Source: the human T2T-CHM13v2.0 reference genome, Homo sapiens. From it: a stretch of 64,000 nt of DNA. A program made the position numbers and the translations under genes. The number at the start of each line of letters is the position of its first letter. The first letter of the stretch is position 1. Positions 9,013 to 21,880 of this stretch are shown here, piece after piece. The notes beneath the pieces are model-generated. The model did not search any database. It was not told the origin of the DNA and saw only the letters and a program-made list of their open reading frames with translations. The DNA lies in assembly GCF_009914755.1 (NCBI RefSeq), contig NC_060925.1; one strand, given 5' to 3'.

Positions 9013-12000
9013 CTATAAGAAAATAAAGAAATAAAAAAATACAATTTGAGTTTTTAACCTCTTATTATTTGTCTTATTCTTCAGACTTAACCAACTGAAT
9101 AGTTCAATATAAAGACATGAAAAAAGAATCATCATTCACATTAATGTAAATAGATGATCTGTTCTCCATTTCTATCTATTAAAAAATGCTTAAACTAGGT
9201 CATGGCTCATACGAATTGAAAGACACACCTAATCATTTACGGGTAGTACTTTGGAGCATGAAAGATAACAATGACATTTCTAGAGCATAAGAGAAATCGG
9301 AAATCTACTTGAATGACTGAGTAACAACAAATTCCTGACCCTAGGAAAGAATCTCTGCCTGAGCTTCTGTGCATAAATTGTCCATTTGTTCCTCACCTCC
9401 CTTTGCTGAATGACTACGAGAGAACAGAAAAAGGCGGCCACATGCTCCCACCTGAGCCCAACTCCTGATGCTGTCTAGACTCCAAGAACAGAATGAGCCT
9501 TCCTTTAGATGTGTAGAGCAATAAGATGAATTAGCCAAGTGTGTAGTTCAGTACAATTCAGCTGATAGTTGCTTTTCCATCTGTGACACTATGATCCCAT
9601 GACTGATGAGGCAGGTCTCATTCAAGTCTATGGATAAAAGGGATGTTTCCGTCATTTCATAGGACCCAGCACCAACTGTATACAGTCACTTTCTCATAGG
9701 AAAAAGACATGGTTCTCACCAACCATATACATCTTTCCCTTTCTTTGGTCATGAACAGTTGGTTACGGGTATGATATTCCTCCTCAAAATATCTGATCTG
9801 TTTTAATGGATTAATGGCTGAAAAGAAATTAAAAATTATCAGAATATTCTTTTATTTATGTGAAAATGAATACAATTTAACATGCCCATCTTACATTTTT
9901 GGAGAAGTTAATGTACTAGGATAATTTGGAATTATGGAAGGCAAAGGGCAATCAATTGAACAACCTCACAGTTTATTTTTTTTCTCTTTAATGAGTACCT
10001 CAGTCTATAATTTTTTATATGACCTGTTATTTTGGTTAATTTTGGATGCAGTTCTGGATATATGACTAATATGCATTTACTATTATTTTCAAAGCAACAT
10101 AAGTTCTTATAAATATTGTTACATAATAACTGCCTTGAAAAGTATCCTTTTAAGATATTTTAACTCACATTGTGAGTATGAAAAAAATACATATTTCTTT
10201 AATGAATCCTTTGTTCAAATTCTCAAAAGCCATGAAAAATGAGTAAAATCTTTCTAGAGTAGATGAAAAAGGAATTATCATTTACAAAGGTATTGTTGTG
10301 ATCATGGAAAAAAAGAATTTAGTGTGCTTCTGCCTATTTTCTGTACATAAGTTCTTAATTTATATTTTAATTTTCTTTTGTTTTTGCATATTGAATATGC
10401 CATACAAAAAGAAAGCGTAAGATTTTTTTGTTTTCCAGAAAACATATGCAAAGTGCAACAAAAAGAGGTGTCCCCTGATAAAGGTGGATTGTCCGTGTTC
10501 CTTTGGATTCTCCACTTCTTCAAGTTTTTATTTACTTCATAAATAAGAGCCACTGAGGTTCACCACTTCAGAGACTTTTGTCTTTCTAAACCTATTTTAC
10601 TTTCAAGGTAGTAGAAAAATTTGAATGAACCTAATTTATTTTTTTCTTGGAAACTTATTGCTATCTATGCTATCTGTATTCCTACAGTTCATTTTTAAAG
10701 ATAAGTAAGCAAGCAAGCTGTTTTTTCATTACATTTATACTAGCCATCAATCTGATATGAGAATTTATTGGTAGCTTCCCTTTTATTTAGTACCATCTTA
10801 GCCAACTGTTTGCAGAAAAGGTGTATAATGAAGCAAAGTTAAATTGACATGTCTGTGATATGCCTGACAGCCCTCAGTATGCCCAATATTAATTTGTTTT
10901 CTTTGGCTAGGTAAGTCCTGCCAAAGCATATTACACATAATGTGTACTTCCAACCAAAATGATGAAAAGTATATATGAAATTTTGTTTCACTCAAAGAAA
11001 AATGAGAAGTCACAGAGGAATATATATGACAAAGACTATTTTTTATAATTAAAATATAAATGTACTTTTCAGTTCTTCTTTTAGAATTTAATCTAATCTG
11101 AAGTAGGCTCCCTGTAAGTTTTGGCAATTTAATAGGTATTTAAAATTTTTTAAATGCCAAAACCAAGTGTTTTCCTTTTCTATATTGTTTGAAAGAATTC
11201 CATATAGCCATAGGTTGTATTTCTAATTGTTAGTGTTGCGTGGTTTATAGCTACATTCAAATGCACATATAGATCTTTGCCAGTATACTGAAATGGACTT
11301 TAACTGACCAGAAAGAAGCCAATTTCTTTAAAACTGTACCTTTTCTTTCATTGTTTTGCCTCAGTAAGTTACCTTCCAAGTATACATGCATTGTCATAAA
11401 TTAAAATGACATATCATTTGAAGAAATCAAAACATCAAAAGCAAGTTTCCCTCAAACATTTAAAATTATTTTTAAACATTATAAGGGGAAATTTGTGTAT
11501 ATACACACATATATACAACACTCAACAAATCTAAACTCTCTCAATTCAATAGTTTTGGATAATTGAGTGGAAGATACTTTTGGAAAATCCTGGATAATTG
11601 ATTAGAAAACACATTTGGAAAATACTGAGAAATATTGTCCAAATCATAGGACAAGAAACATGTGTCACTTCTGGAAAGAAAAAGTAGAGTGGAGAGATGT
11701 GTGTGCTAAAACTCTGAATGGAAATTATTTTATTAGCTTAGGTTTCCTAGACCTTACAAAGTACAAGACTAAAAATGAACTTGAAACAAGAATAAAAGGC
11801 CAGGTAAATCCTTCAAAAGGCTGTCATTTCCCACCCTCAGATAATAAAGGAGCTAACTTTGATCTGATAGATTGGCATAAAGAAGCGGTTAGCAGAATTT
11901 TTTTAAAAACACAATAGCAGTAAATTTGTTAAAATGTTATGCAAATAAATAAAGGTAGGCAATGAATCTAGGAATTTTAAAAAGAACATGAATTAGAACA

Positions 12001-15000
12001 AGAATTAGAATAGAAAAAGCAATTGCATAAGTGCTTTCTCTCAACAGTCATTTACTAAGTAAATTCACAGACTTCTAAACTTACCTCTTAGAATAAAATT
12101 AAATAATTCTGAAATCTATAATGTACTTTATAGAAATATAATACTTATAGTTTTATATATTTGCTTTTAGAAAAAGAGCAAATGATATGTTTATGTAGTA
12201 CAGATAAAGGAAATTCATATTTTGCATTTGTTTGAAAGCTATCATGCTTTACATTAAGATGTATTTGTCAGGCCCAATTGTGTAAGAAAAGAATGTAGCC
12301 AAGAGCTAATTCAAAATTGTTTCTTGGATATGGGCCCAAACCATTAAATTATACATTTAATATCAGTAGTTTCTTTCCTATTTTACAAATTATTTATGAT
12401 TTCCAGATACTGAATACATGAATAACAATAATGTGAAAATTCTAAAATCAGAAACAAATTGACTTACTAGGTTACCTGTTACCTGTCTAACACACAGTAG
12501 TTAAGTAAACTCAGATTAAAATCAGATCTGTAAATACCTGAAATACCAATTCCAGGTTAAAATCATGCCTGGCAAATTTAACTGGCAACTAACTGATTAG
12601 AATAATACTTGAGATCTACTTTATTATATAAATGTACATGAATACTTTTAGCAGCATACCTATAATCTACGTATACATTACCTCTTCCCACATACATGCA
12701 TATTTCACATGCATACTATACATGCACACAAATATACTCCTGGGTATCCTATCGACTGCTTTGAGTTTTAAAGTACCATGTGTGTATTTATTTATTAATA
12801 ATAGTATAGTTCATGTATATCCACATATACATGGCTATCAAAAAAATCAATGACAAAAACATACAAAATGCAATGGAAAGATTGTCAAGCAGCAGAGATG
12901 CTTGGTGTCATCCTTGCACTATCAAATATACACATAAGTATGATTGGAGAAAGAGAGGCTAAATATCTCACTGTCAGAGAATGTAGAGAACTGCAATTCA
13001 TTCTATCTGTTGTGCTTTAGGACATGACAATTTAATACAATGCCAGTGGATGTAAAAGAGATAAAAATGGAACAAACTGGGCCAGTGTAATCAAAGATTT
13101 TCTCCAGAGAGCTGGCTAGGGCCGGAGCTCATACGCACTTATAACAGATCAACATTGTATTGTTTCTCTCTTCCATGAATTTGCTATGAAGCAAAATTCA
13201 GAGCAAAGCTTATCTGCTGCAATGACTCTAAAGTTCTACTGAGATCCCTCAGATCCTCTCCTCTTATTTCTAAAAGCTGGATAAGTGATGCTAAAAAGTT
13301 TATTTGATATTAATTGGTTTAATAGAAATCATTGCTATTAATTGCCATTTGTATGAAAAAGTATCTCTCATCAGCATATAATTTATTTTATAAAATAATA
13401 CAAAGCAAAACCTTCAGTGCTTAACATCACTTTACAAGTAAGACAGAGAAATATTTTCTTTAGTCATTGAGCTAAAACAAATGTTGAGGAATTTTTCGTA
13501 AGTGATACAGACTTGAGATTGGGCATTATGCCTACCTTCCAAAAGAATGGCTTCTTCTTTGTCTGTAATTCTTGCAGGAGTGAGGTATTGCAAAAGTATT
13601 GTTAAATAGAATCATAGAGAAGTTAGCTTCCTTCTTTGATGAATAGCACCAGGTATCTAAAATTAATTGCAAAAGTATGGCCCGGCTAATGAGATGGTCC
13701 TTATCTTTTCTCAGCCAGGAAGCACAAGTATTTTTCTGCTGGCTCAATATTTTACAAAAATGCCTGAAGTGTTATTAACTAAGTAAGAAAAAAACTGATT
13801 AAAATACCTCAAAGATATAAATTGTTATAAATTGTAAGATCTGAAAAATTTAGAGTTAAAGCTGATTTCCTGCATTATTTTTAAACCTTCTTTTCTTTTC
13901 TTTTTTCACTTTAAAAAGAACAACAACAAAAAAATCTTTCCTCCTGCTTCTATTAGCATTTTTAAAAGCTGAGTTAATTATTATTCTTTATAAAATGACC
14001 AATATATATTACAGGTCAGATTAAATCAAAGAAATATATCAAATGCCGTCAATTTAGGGAAAAAAACAGAACAATGATACCTTATTTGGGGAAAACACTA
14101 GAAAAATGATCATCCATGCAAGAGAATTAATGGATATCCACAAGGGCTTTGCTAATAACATGGGTTAATTACCGCTGCAACACACTAGGCTCAGTAAATA
14201 AAGCAGCAGTGCCATAAACACATTAAGATGAGAAACCATCACTGTAAGAAGAAATAGCCAACACCATCACCCTTAGCTCTGCCCAGGAAATGAAAGCTGT
14301 TTCTTAGTCCTTTCTATAAAAAAGGGATTTTTAAACTTACCACCAAATGTGTATAGGGTAATACATAAATACCCTGACACAAAGGGCTAGTGGAACATGG
14401 GGTACCCATCATTTATCCACCACTCCCATTCAATATATATTTCATTAACTCAGGAACAGTTGTTTTTTTGTTGTTTACTTCAAGGAGAAAATCATATGTT
14501 ACATAATACTAGTCATCTGGCCATTTCAACTATATATAGTTTGGAACATGTACAATGATTACTTAATTTTTAGGAAAATAGAATTAATCCGCTCACTTTA
14601 GTAATGTAATGGGCAAGGTTACAAAACTACAGCTCAAGAATGCTCACAACTAATTGCAGCTGATTGTCACTTCAAGCAGTTTACAGAGAAATCATCTGAA
14701 AACTCCACCAACACCACATACCTTTAAGGCTGCAGGTGTTTTCAAGATTGTAGGGAAAAAAAATAAAAAACAAAACATGAAGAAAAGTCATGTGAGCTCC
14801 AAGTCTAGAGTTTAAGTATTCTTACTTGAAAAAATAAACTTAAAGTGTCTGTTCAGAGTTCTCAAATAATATCACATCTAAAGTGACTTGGCCAAGCTCT
14901 TATCATTCCCTAAAAAAAAGGCATCCCCTCTGATCTCGGCTTTTTTGTTGTTGTTACTGTTACTGTATAAATTTTTTCTTTCTGCCTATTTTATCACCTA

Positions 15001-17621
15001 TAATTTGACATTATGGAATTACTTTGGGATTGTCTTGTTTTTTAATTAGTATAGATTTTAAAAAGAAGAGATGAGAAAAAGAAAAAACATGAAAACCCTG
15101 AAACAGAAAGAGTGAAACATACAAAATAAAACTTGTGTAGCTCCAAACACGAATCTTAAAACACGAAACTTAAATTTTCAATGTCTGGACTTCAGTGATC
15201 AGGCTGAAATTTACTAAACTGTTCCCTCCTCGCCTTGTCTGTTTTGGAGTGTTTCAGTTGCCTTTCCTTCTTCCAACAGCTGTGACAACTGTTAAAACAG
15301 TCAGTAAAATTAAGTCCGCTCTATAATCCTGTAGTCAATGTTACATTTTAATCAGAGGTTGAAAGGGATTCATGTGATGAGCACACTCATTTAGAATGAT
15401 TAGACTGACACATATGTCAAAATGAGCAGATATATTATTTTCATCTATTTATGCTATCAGCTATTACTGCTATTAAATGTGAAACAAGCTTTCAAGTATT
15501 ATGTTCTTTAATGTGCTGGCACATTTCCTAAAATAAAAAAATACATAGTTAGAGGTTAACATTTTAAGCTCTCTTAATGGTGGTCAATAAATGGTATGAA
15601 TCTTTTTAACAGCCTCCAAAGCAGAAACTGTCCAATATTTGCCCCTAAAACTGTATAACTCTGGTTTCATTTCTGTGTATACACACACGTGATGGGGTTT
15701 AACCCGGTACAATTACTATGAATATTAATAGCATGTATAAATTCTGTGGTTTATTAATTGAGACAGAGAGGCAGATGCGTTGCTTAGCGTTAGATCTTTC
15801 TGTCTGTCCAGTGAACCACGTAACCATCAGAACTGCATCCAGACAATAAATCTGTATTTTTTAAAGATGACTTTTAATTGAGCCCAAAAGAAAGCTAGTT
15901 TGAATCTTGCGCCAAAGCCAAAAGGACATGTGCCTTGACTTCATTTAAATGCATCTGCTTTAAGAGGCTTATCTAAACGAATTATTCAAATTAGCTATAA
16001 GAAGTTAAATTCAAGGAAACTACTTCAAAAAGAAGCCTCTGGGGGATTTTTAAAGTTTGTTTTCTTTATTTATTTACAAGAGAAAGTTCAGAATCTGGGC
16101 GTGCTTGGATAAGACATTCTTCCTGACACGAAGACGTCTTAAACTCTCCAATTCTACAGCCCGAAGTACACTAACCTTCAAACTACACTTGAGCGGGCAG
16201 TCCTACCTTTGTTTATTTTTCATTTTTATTTTTACACATCTTAAGGTTGTTTCTTCCCTTGAGTGTTTCAAACTGATGCAAGCACAGCCTTATAATCTTT
16301 CAGTTCCTCCTAAATCCATCTCTTGGCTAATATTCCCTGTGTGAGCATGGATGTGGGTGGATGTGCATGTGTGAGCGTGCATACACACACACACTCACAC
16401 TCACGCTCAAACATACAGGAGCAGCCACTGAGACTGCAAGTCACTTTTCATCTCTTACTTAATTACAAAGCAATGCAATATGCAGTCACTAAGGACAGCT
16501 AGTGGACATCTACCTATAATGCACTACCTCATCTTCTAGAGTTTGATATTTTCTTCACAATCTATAGAGAGAAATGTTTGCCAAGGGCACTCTTTTCAGA
16601 ATTATAACAGTTGGTATTACTGTAATGTGAAAGCAAAGCAATATAACTGACTCAACAGAAAGGGAGATAAACCAGTGACAGCTCTCGTGATATACTAACA
16701 TTTTATCTTAACAGTAGGTTGAAATTAAGTTTATCACCTACTCATTTACACAAAAATGCCTAACTTACTTCTCGTACCCCCTACTCACTCCCCCCCCTTT
16801 AGTAATCTAAATATATATTTCCATGTGCATAAAGAAATCCATAAATACTAATTAAACTGCTTGTAAGAACGAAAGTACTTTTCTATATTTTCTGGACACA
16901 ACAAACGAGACAAATCCACACTCTGAGCAGTATTTAAGGGGAAAATTTTAAAGTCACTACTGTTTCTTCTTTAGTTTTTTTTCCCCCCTTAAATATTTAT
17001 AATGTGTGAAAATCTCATGTTACTTAATGGACTGATTTGTCAGTTAAGTGCTGACTTAACGCTAACCATGCAAATAACATTATTCTAGCTCAGAATTGCA
17101 TAGGGCTAGCTTTTAAATTGTTCTCTGAAGGAGAATTAGTAAATGTGCAATTTTGCCTCTAACTCTGCGCGGTAAGAAATGACAAGGAGCTGAAAATATC
17201 TGTCAAACTGCAAATACATAAGAGGCCCTCAATAGTATAAATCATTTTGAATATTGTATTTTAAAACATCTTTCCTTGGGAAAATGGGTCCTAGTAAAAG
17301 ATGCATTTTAACAGTTCACTAAGCATTTGTGCCAAGTGCCTATTCTTAGCACCTGAATAAGAAGTGACTGTCACACAGCTGTTTTACTGACAGTCACTGA
17401 GCTTTGCCTCAAAGGTAACATTGTAGTCAGAGAACAATTCTCGACTTACTGAATTAGGAGATCACCCTCAACACAAAAGGCACAAGACAGACACAAACAA
17501 GCAGTCGTGCACACAAAATACCCAGGGCATTACCTGAATCAGTGTGTAAAGATATAGTCTGTCCGCCCCCACCCCCGCACCCCCACGACGAGTTTAAAAA
17601 GGAAAGAAAAAAGGTACCTAC

Positions 17622-17677
17622 TCTTCCTCGTAGTGCAGGGAAAAAGATTCAGGAAGGCAAAGTTCTACCGAATCCAT
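17622..17677 (-). CDS. ESRRG: ESRRG first coding exon of the long isoform (56 nt, MDSVELCLPESFSLHYEE + GA, phase 2)
   Basis: The reverse complement reads ATG GAT TCG GTA GAA CTT TGC CTT CCT GAA TCT TTT TCC CTG CAC TAC GAG GAA GA|gtaggt. The peptide matches the human ERR-gamma N-terminus as I recall it, and a GT donor follows at 17621. Confidence 0.96.
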
Positions 17678-17694
17678 GTGCGACCGGCAACCAT
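17665..17694 (-). other. Overlapping out-of-frame uORF (MVAGRTWIR*) across the ESRRG start codon
   Basis: caaata ATG GTT GCC GGT CGC ACA TGG ATT CGG TAG on the minus strand, with A at -3 and G at +4. Confidence 0.7.
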
Positions 17695-17850
17695 TATTTG
17701 TGCACCCCAGCTATAAATCAAAGTTTCCTTGACAGAGCACAGTGCAATTAACACAAATGTTCTCCTAGTGACAAGCCTATAGGCACAGCCAGTTGGGACC
17801 AAAGCTCTCACACTCTCCTAATCAAGGACTTAAAGCCCCGATTGGAGCTT
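17678..17850 (-). other. ESRRG: ESRRG exon 1 5' UTR (TSS approximate, about 17820-17860)
   Basis: It lies between the ATG and the CCAAT/TATA-like promoter elements. The exact TSS cannot be derived from sequence alone. Confidence 0.7.
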
Positions 17851-18130
17851 ATTAATATGAAGTAGGGCTTTACATATGCAGTCCCACCGGCCCAGCCGCG
17901 CAGCCGATTGGGGGGCCTCTGCCCAATCAGGAGGGAGGCGACGGGAGGCTGCACGGAGCGAGAGGAGCCAGGCAGGTAGGCAGGGTGCAGAGAGCCGAAG
18001 GGGGCTGGAAACTGAGAGTGGGCAGAGAAAAAGGGAGCGGAGAAGGGAGCGATTGAAACGCTCCCAATACACACTCTCGGGTTTGATTTTTTTTCCTCCC
18101 TTCTCTCTCTTTCTTTTTTTTTTCTTCTGG
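17840..18130 (-). promoter_or_regulatory. ESRRG: ESRRG proximal promoter
   Basis: Local GC and CpG enrichment. CCAAT/ATTGG at 17841-17845, 17907-17911, 17923-17927 and 18064-18068. TATA-like TATTAATA at about 17850-17857. Directly upstream of the ATG exon. Confidence 0.85.
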
Positions 18131-21100
18131 GAAGCTACAAAAGAAACATAACTAACTTAACTCTCTAAGCACTGGAGGGATTTGCCTTTGATTTCTAACC
18201 TAAGATCTCTTTTGCCTTGAAAAGGAGAACTCACGCAGACTCTCAGTTAATTTGGGAAAGGATTCTGCGGAAGGTAGAGAATTAAGTTTGTCCTGCCGTT
18301 GTCTGTGTTTTTATTACACCGGGGGCCGCGGCTTATTTGGTGCTGTACTTTCTCATGTATTCCTAATCATGTCTTTTCCTGTTTTCCTGATGTATGCTGG
18401 GCATTAAAAATAATAATAATAAAGGCATTCTTCTAAATTGTTTGAGCATGTGAACTGGGATCGTCATCTCTGAGGTGGAATGCAGTTTTACACAACTACA
18501 GAAGAGGAGATAGTGACAATACAATTTGAAAGAATGCCTAAGTAAATTATATGTGTAAACCTTTCTATACCTGCGACTGTCTCTTTACATATAGATACAA
18601 CGCATAGCTTTTCAAAACAACGGTAAACAGCCGCAGGACAAATTGGCTTCTTCAGTTTTAGGGGTGGGGAGTCTGAGGGCTGTGGGGGTAAATAGCGAAT
18701 TAAATCTCTCTCGATGCATTTTGACAAAATAAAGACAGCATTTTTTTTTTTTTTTGTAGGGAGAGCATTACTAAACAGTGCACTAAAAGTATTCTTAATT
18801 ATATGTATATATTTCAATACAAGCTTCCAAACTAGGAGGCATATAATTTTATATATGATTTTACCCAAAACATCCTGCTTTCAAATAAAACACAGTGTAC
18901 ACATTTGTTTCTATACATAAGGCACCCTATATGCTTTAAAAAAATCAACCCAGAAACATTTTATAAACCATCACACAGTCTGGTCACTATAAGAACTAGT
19001 TTCAAACAGATAATAATTTACAAAACTAAGAATTCTCAATCAAAAGTGTTCAAAAAAATAAAAATAAAAGGAGGATATAAGAGGACAAGTGTGTTTTTTC
19101 CTCCTTCAATTGTGTACACCGTGTCTTTAATTTCCATATAACAAAGAGTTTGCTTAGGTCCTATTTTAATCTACAGGATTTTTTTATACTAGCAAATGTA
19201 CATTGGAATAGATACCAGCTATTTATGGCAAAGAGATAACTGCTACCTTATGGAGAGTGAAAAACCCACAATTTTGATATAATTCAGCTCTACTGCTTAT
19301 CAACCTTTTACATCTTAAGTCCTACATGATAGAAATAGTATAATCTTTGAGATCAAAATAAATTAGTTCAGATATTCATCGTATGTTAAATTCACTAAAT
19401 TAGGACTCAACTCCCTTAACCCTCTCAAATTTTCTAGGTCTTTAAAAAACCAAAACACTAAAATAGAGCAGCCACATTAAAATTCAGAATATAAAAATGA
19501 CAGACATGATTTGGTCCCCCCACAGAAGAAAGCAATTTCACTGCCTTGTATTTAGCTATATCTAAGATATAGGCCTAATTCCTTTTATTTGTGTTCTAAA
19601 TGCATACAAAGTTTCTAGATCAGAACTCACATAGCAAAAACTGTGCCTCAGAATACTGTATAAAAGCAGGTAGTAAAAGCTTAATTACCAGTAGCATTAT
19701 GCTGTCTATATTGTTAAATGTGAACTCTGCAATTAAGATGTAAATTTGGTTGTGAGCAGTGAATTAAAAGAGCTTTGAGATGTAGAAGAAAATCCAAGCA
19801 TTCTGCAGACACTGAGAGAAAAAAAAATTGTCTATTCAATCTAAAATAAGACACGTAATCATTTTACAATTAAAAAATAAATAAAACAGGCATTTTGCAA
19901 AAGAAACATGATTTTTCTAAAATACACTCAAAGAAATATGGAAGCTAATACTGCATTACAAAGACAGAAAAACATCCTTTGATTCATATGATTACTATCG
20001 TGATTTCTGAATAAACTAAAATTCTCAGGGTAGTTAATAGATTCAATTGCACATACTTTAAAAAAGATACACACACACACAAAAAAGAAAGAAACTTTCC
20101 TTCTTGGTTTGGCTATGGATATTTCTTTAAAAAATATAAATTATTTAATGTACTCAATGCATCTTAATGTACTCAAAGAATGCATTCCGATTTTGCACCG
20201 GTGCAGAATCCTGTACTGTGTTCAGTTTCTTTACATTATGCTGTGACAGAACCTCTTTATTACTCCTTTGAAATGGCTTTTTAAAGACAAGATTTGTAGT
20301 GTATTTACCGGTGGATCTCAAGTCACCAAATGTCGTACAAGTGATCTTTAATTTCCCATCATTTTCTTATTTCCCTTTGGGTACTTATTTGCCCTCATTA
20401 TGATCCATTTGACTTCACTGGTGTATATTTTTAAAGATATTTAGACTCATGCGTAAGTCATTGTTCTGTGCTCACAGAGATACATGTACAAACATACATA
20501 GTGTCATCCCCACTGATTTTTCACTAACCATATTTCATCTACGCAAGGTGCAGTGTTCACTGAACTCGCTGCTTTCTGAGTGACCAGATGTGTACTAGGT
20601 TTGTAGACTTGGATATTTTCCCCTTGGGATCAAAGTATCACCTGTACAAGTCAAGGACCTAAAGACTGTACTTACTGTCTTGAATCCAGTTTAACCAATT
20701 TAAAATTTTTAAAAATCCTCTTCACTAAACTTGTGAGACAGCTTCCAGAATATTTTACAAATACACAGCTCAGTCATCTCAAGAAACTTCCCTGGTCCCA
20801 GATTTTTCTCACCTTGCAGGAGAAAACAATGGATAATCATGGGAAATAAATGTGCCATGAGTAATACTGAGCTTAAACCTTCAAGAATCTCAATTACAAA
20901 AAAAATCTGGAAAAACAAATAAACAAACAAACAGATAAACAGCCTAGGATACACATATATTCCCAGTCTATACACTTCACAATCTTACCACAAGGAGTCT
21001 ACCCAAATCAAGAAAAACTGAACCAAACAAAAGGATCTCTCATGATTGCTTCACAAAGAATATTAATAAATTAGTTAATATCAGTCTATTATGCATCAGG

Positions 21101-21779
21101 CTCTTGGTGTATGCATAGTTTCAATCTCTTCTTCCTTAAACAATGCAGTCATAAATATCCAAACAAATTCATTCTCAGTCCCCAACTAATGCACAGTCAC
21201 CAAGCAGAGAATATACTTCATTTCTATTTCAAAGAACAGAATGAAAACAAGCAAAGCTCAAGTGGAAACAACAGGAAGATTCCTCTAGTCATATACACCA
21301 GACATTTTATTACATTTAAGTCAGAATCATTTCTTGCAACATTCTAACTAGGAATTCTTATGTTGCTAGAAGGTGATGAGAAATGCTTAGTCTTGCTGTT
21401 ATTGCATATTAATAGCTATTTTTAGCTCCTATCTTTCTTTTCTGAAAATTAACAGGACTAACCTTCATTAAAATGTTCAAGTTTATCACTGTCATTTTTG
21501 AAGCAGGTTTTTATTTTATATTACACATTCATCATTTACTAAATATGTAAAACTAAACAAGGCATAACAAATTTAGATTTTCAAATTGCCTAGTAATCTT
21601 TCCTCAGGATTATAAAATCTTTGAAAAGCTGTTTAACTTTTTGAACTATTTTCCCTGCTGTTTTAAATGTATCATATATAGTATAATATACCATCCTGCA
21701 AAAAGCAAACCAAGACAATTACAAACTACTATCTTTAACTCCAAAAGACAACCTTGGGAAAAGAACCTAAAATGAGAAG

Positions 21780-21880
21780 CAAGGCACCAGGCTCCCTTCT
21801 ACTCCTCATGAGCTGTGTGGCCATGGGTAGGTTGCCTCACTTATCGGTCCCTCATTTCCTCATCTGAAAATTGGGGTTTC
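21780..21880 (+). mobile_element. MIR fragment
   Basis: gctgtgtggccatgggtagg...tttcctcatctgaaaattgggg resembles the MIR core. Confidence 0.7.

Noticed and set aside
12079-12165. Perfect donor GAG|GTAAGT on the minus strand (others at about 14335 and 22470)
   Set aside because: There is no convincing paired acceptor, and this hexamer is expected every few kb.
17808-18151. Overlapping ORFs across the promoter
   Set aside because: GC-rich promoter sequence is depleted of stop codons, and the ORFs show no coding signature.
20805-20835. Possible recursive splice site on the ESRRG strand (polyY-CAAG|GTGAGA); a similar site lies at 30422-30460
   Set aside because: The acceptor is AAG rather than YAG, and such matches are expected by chance in long introns. 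There is no support without nascent RNA data.
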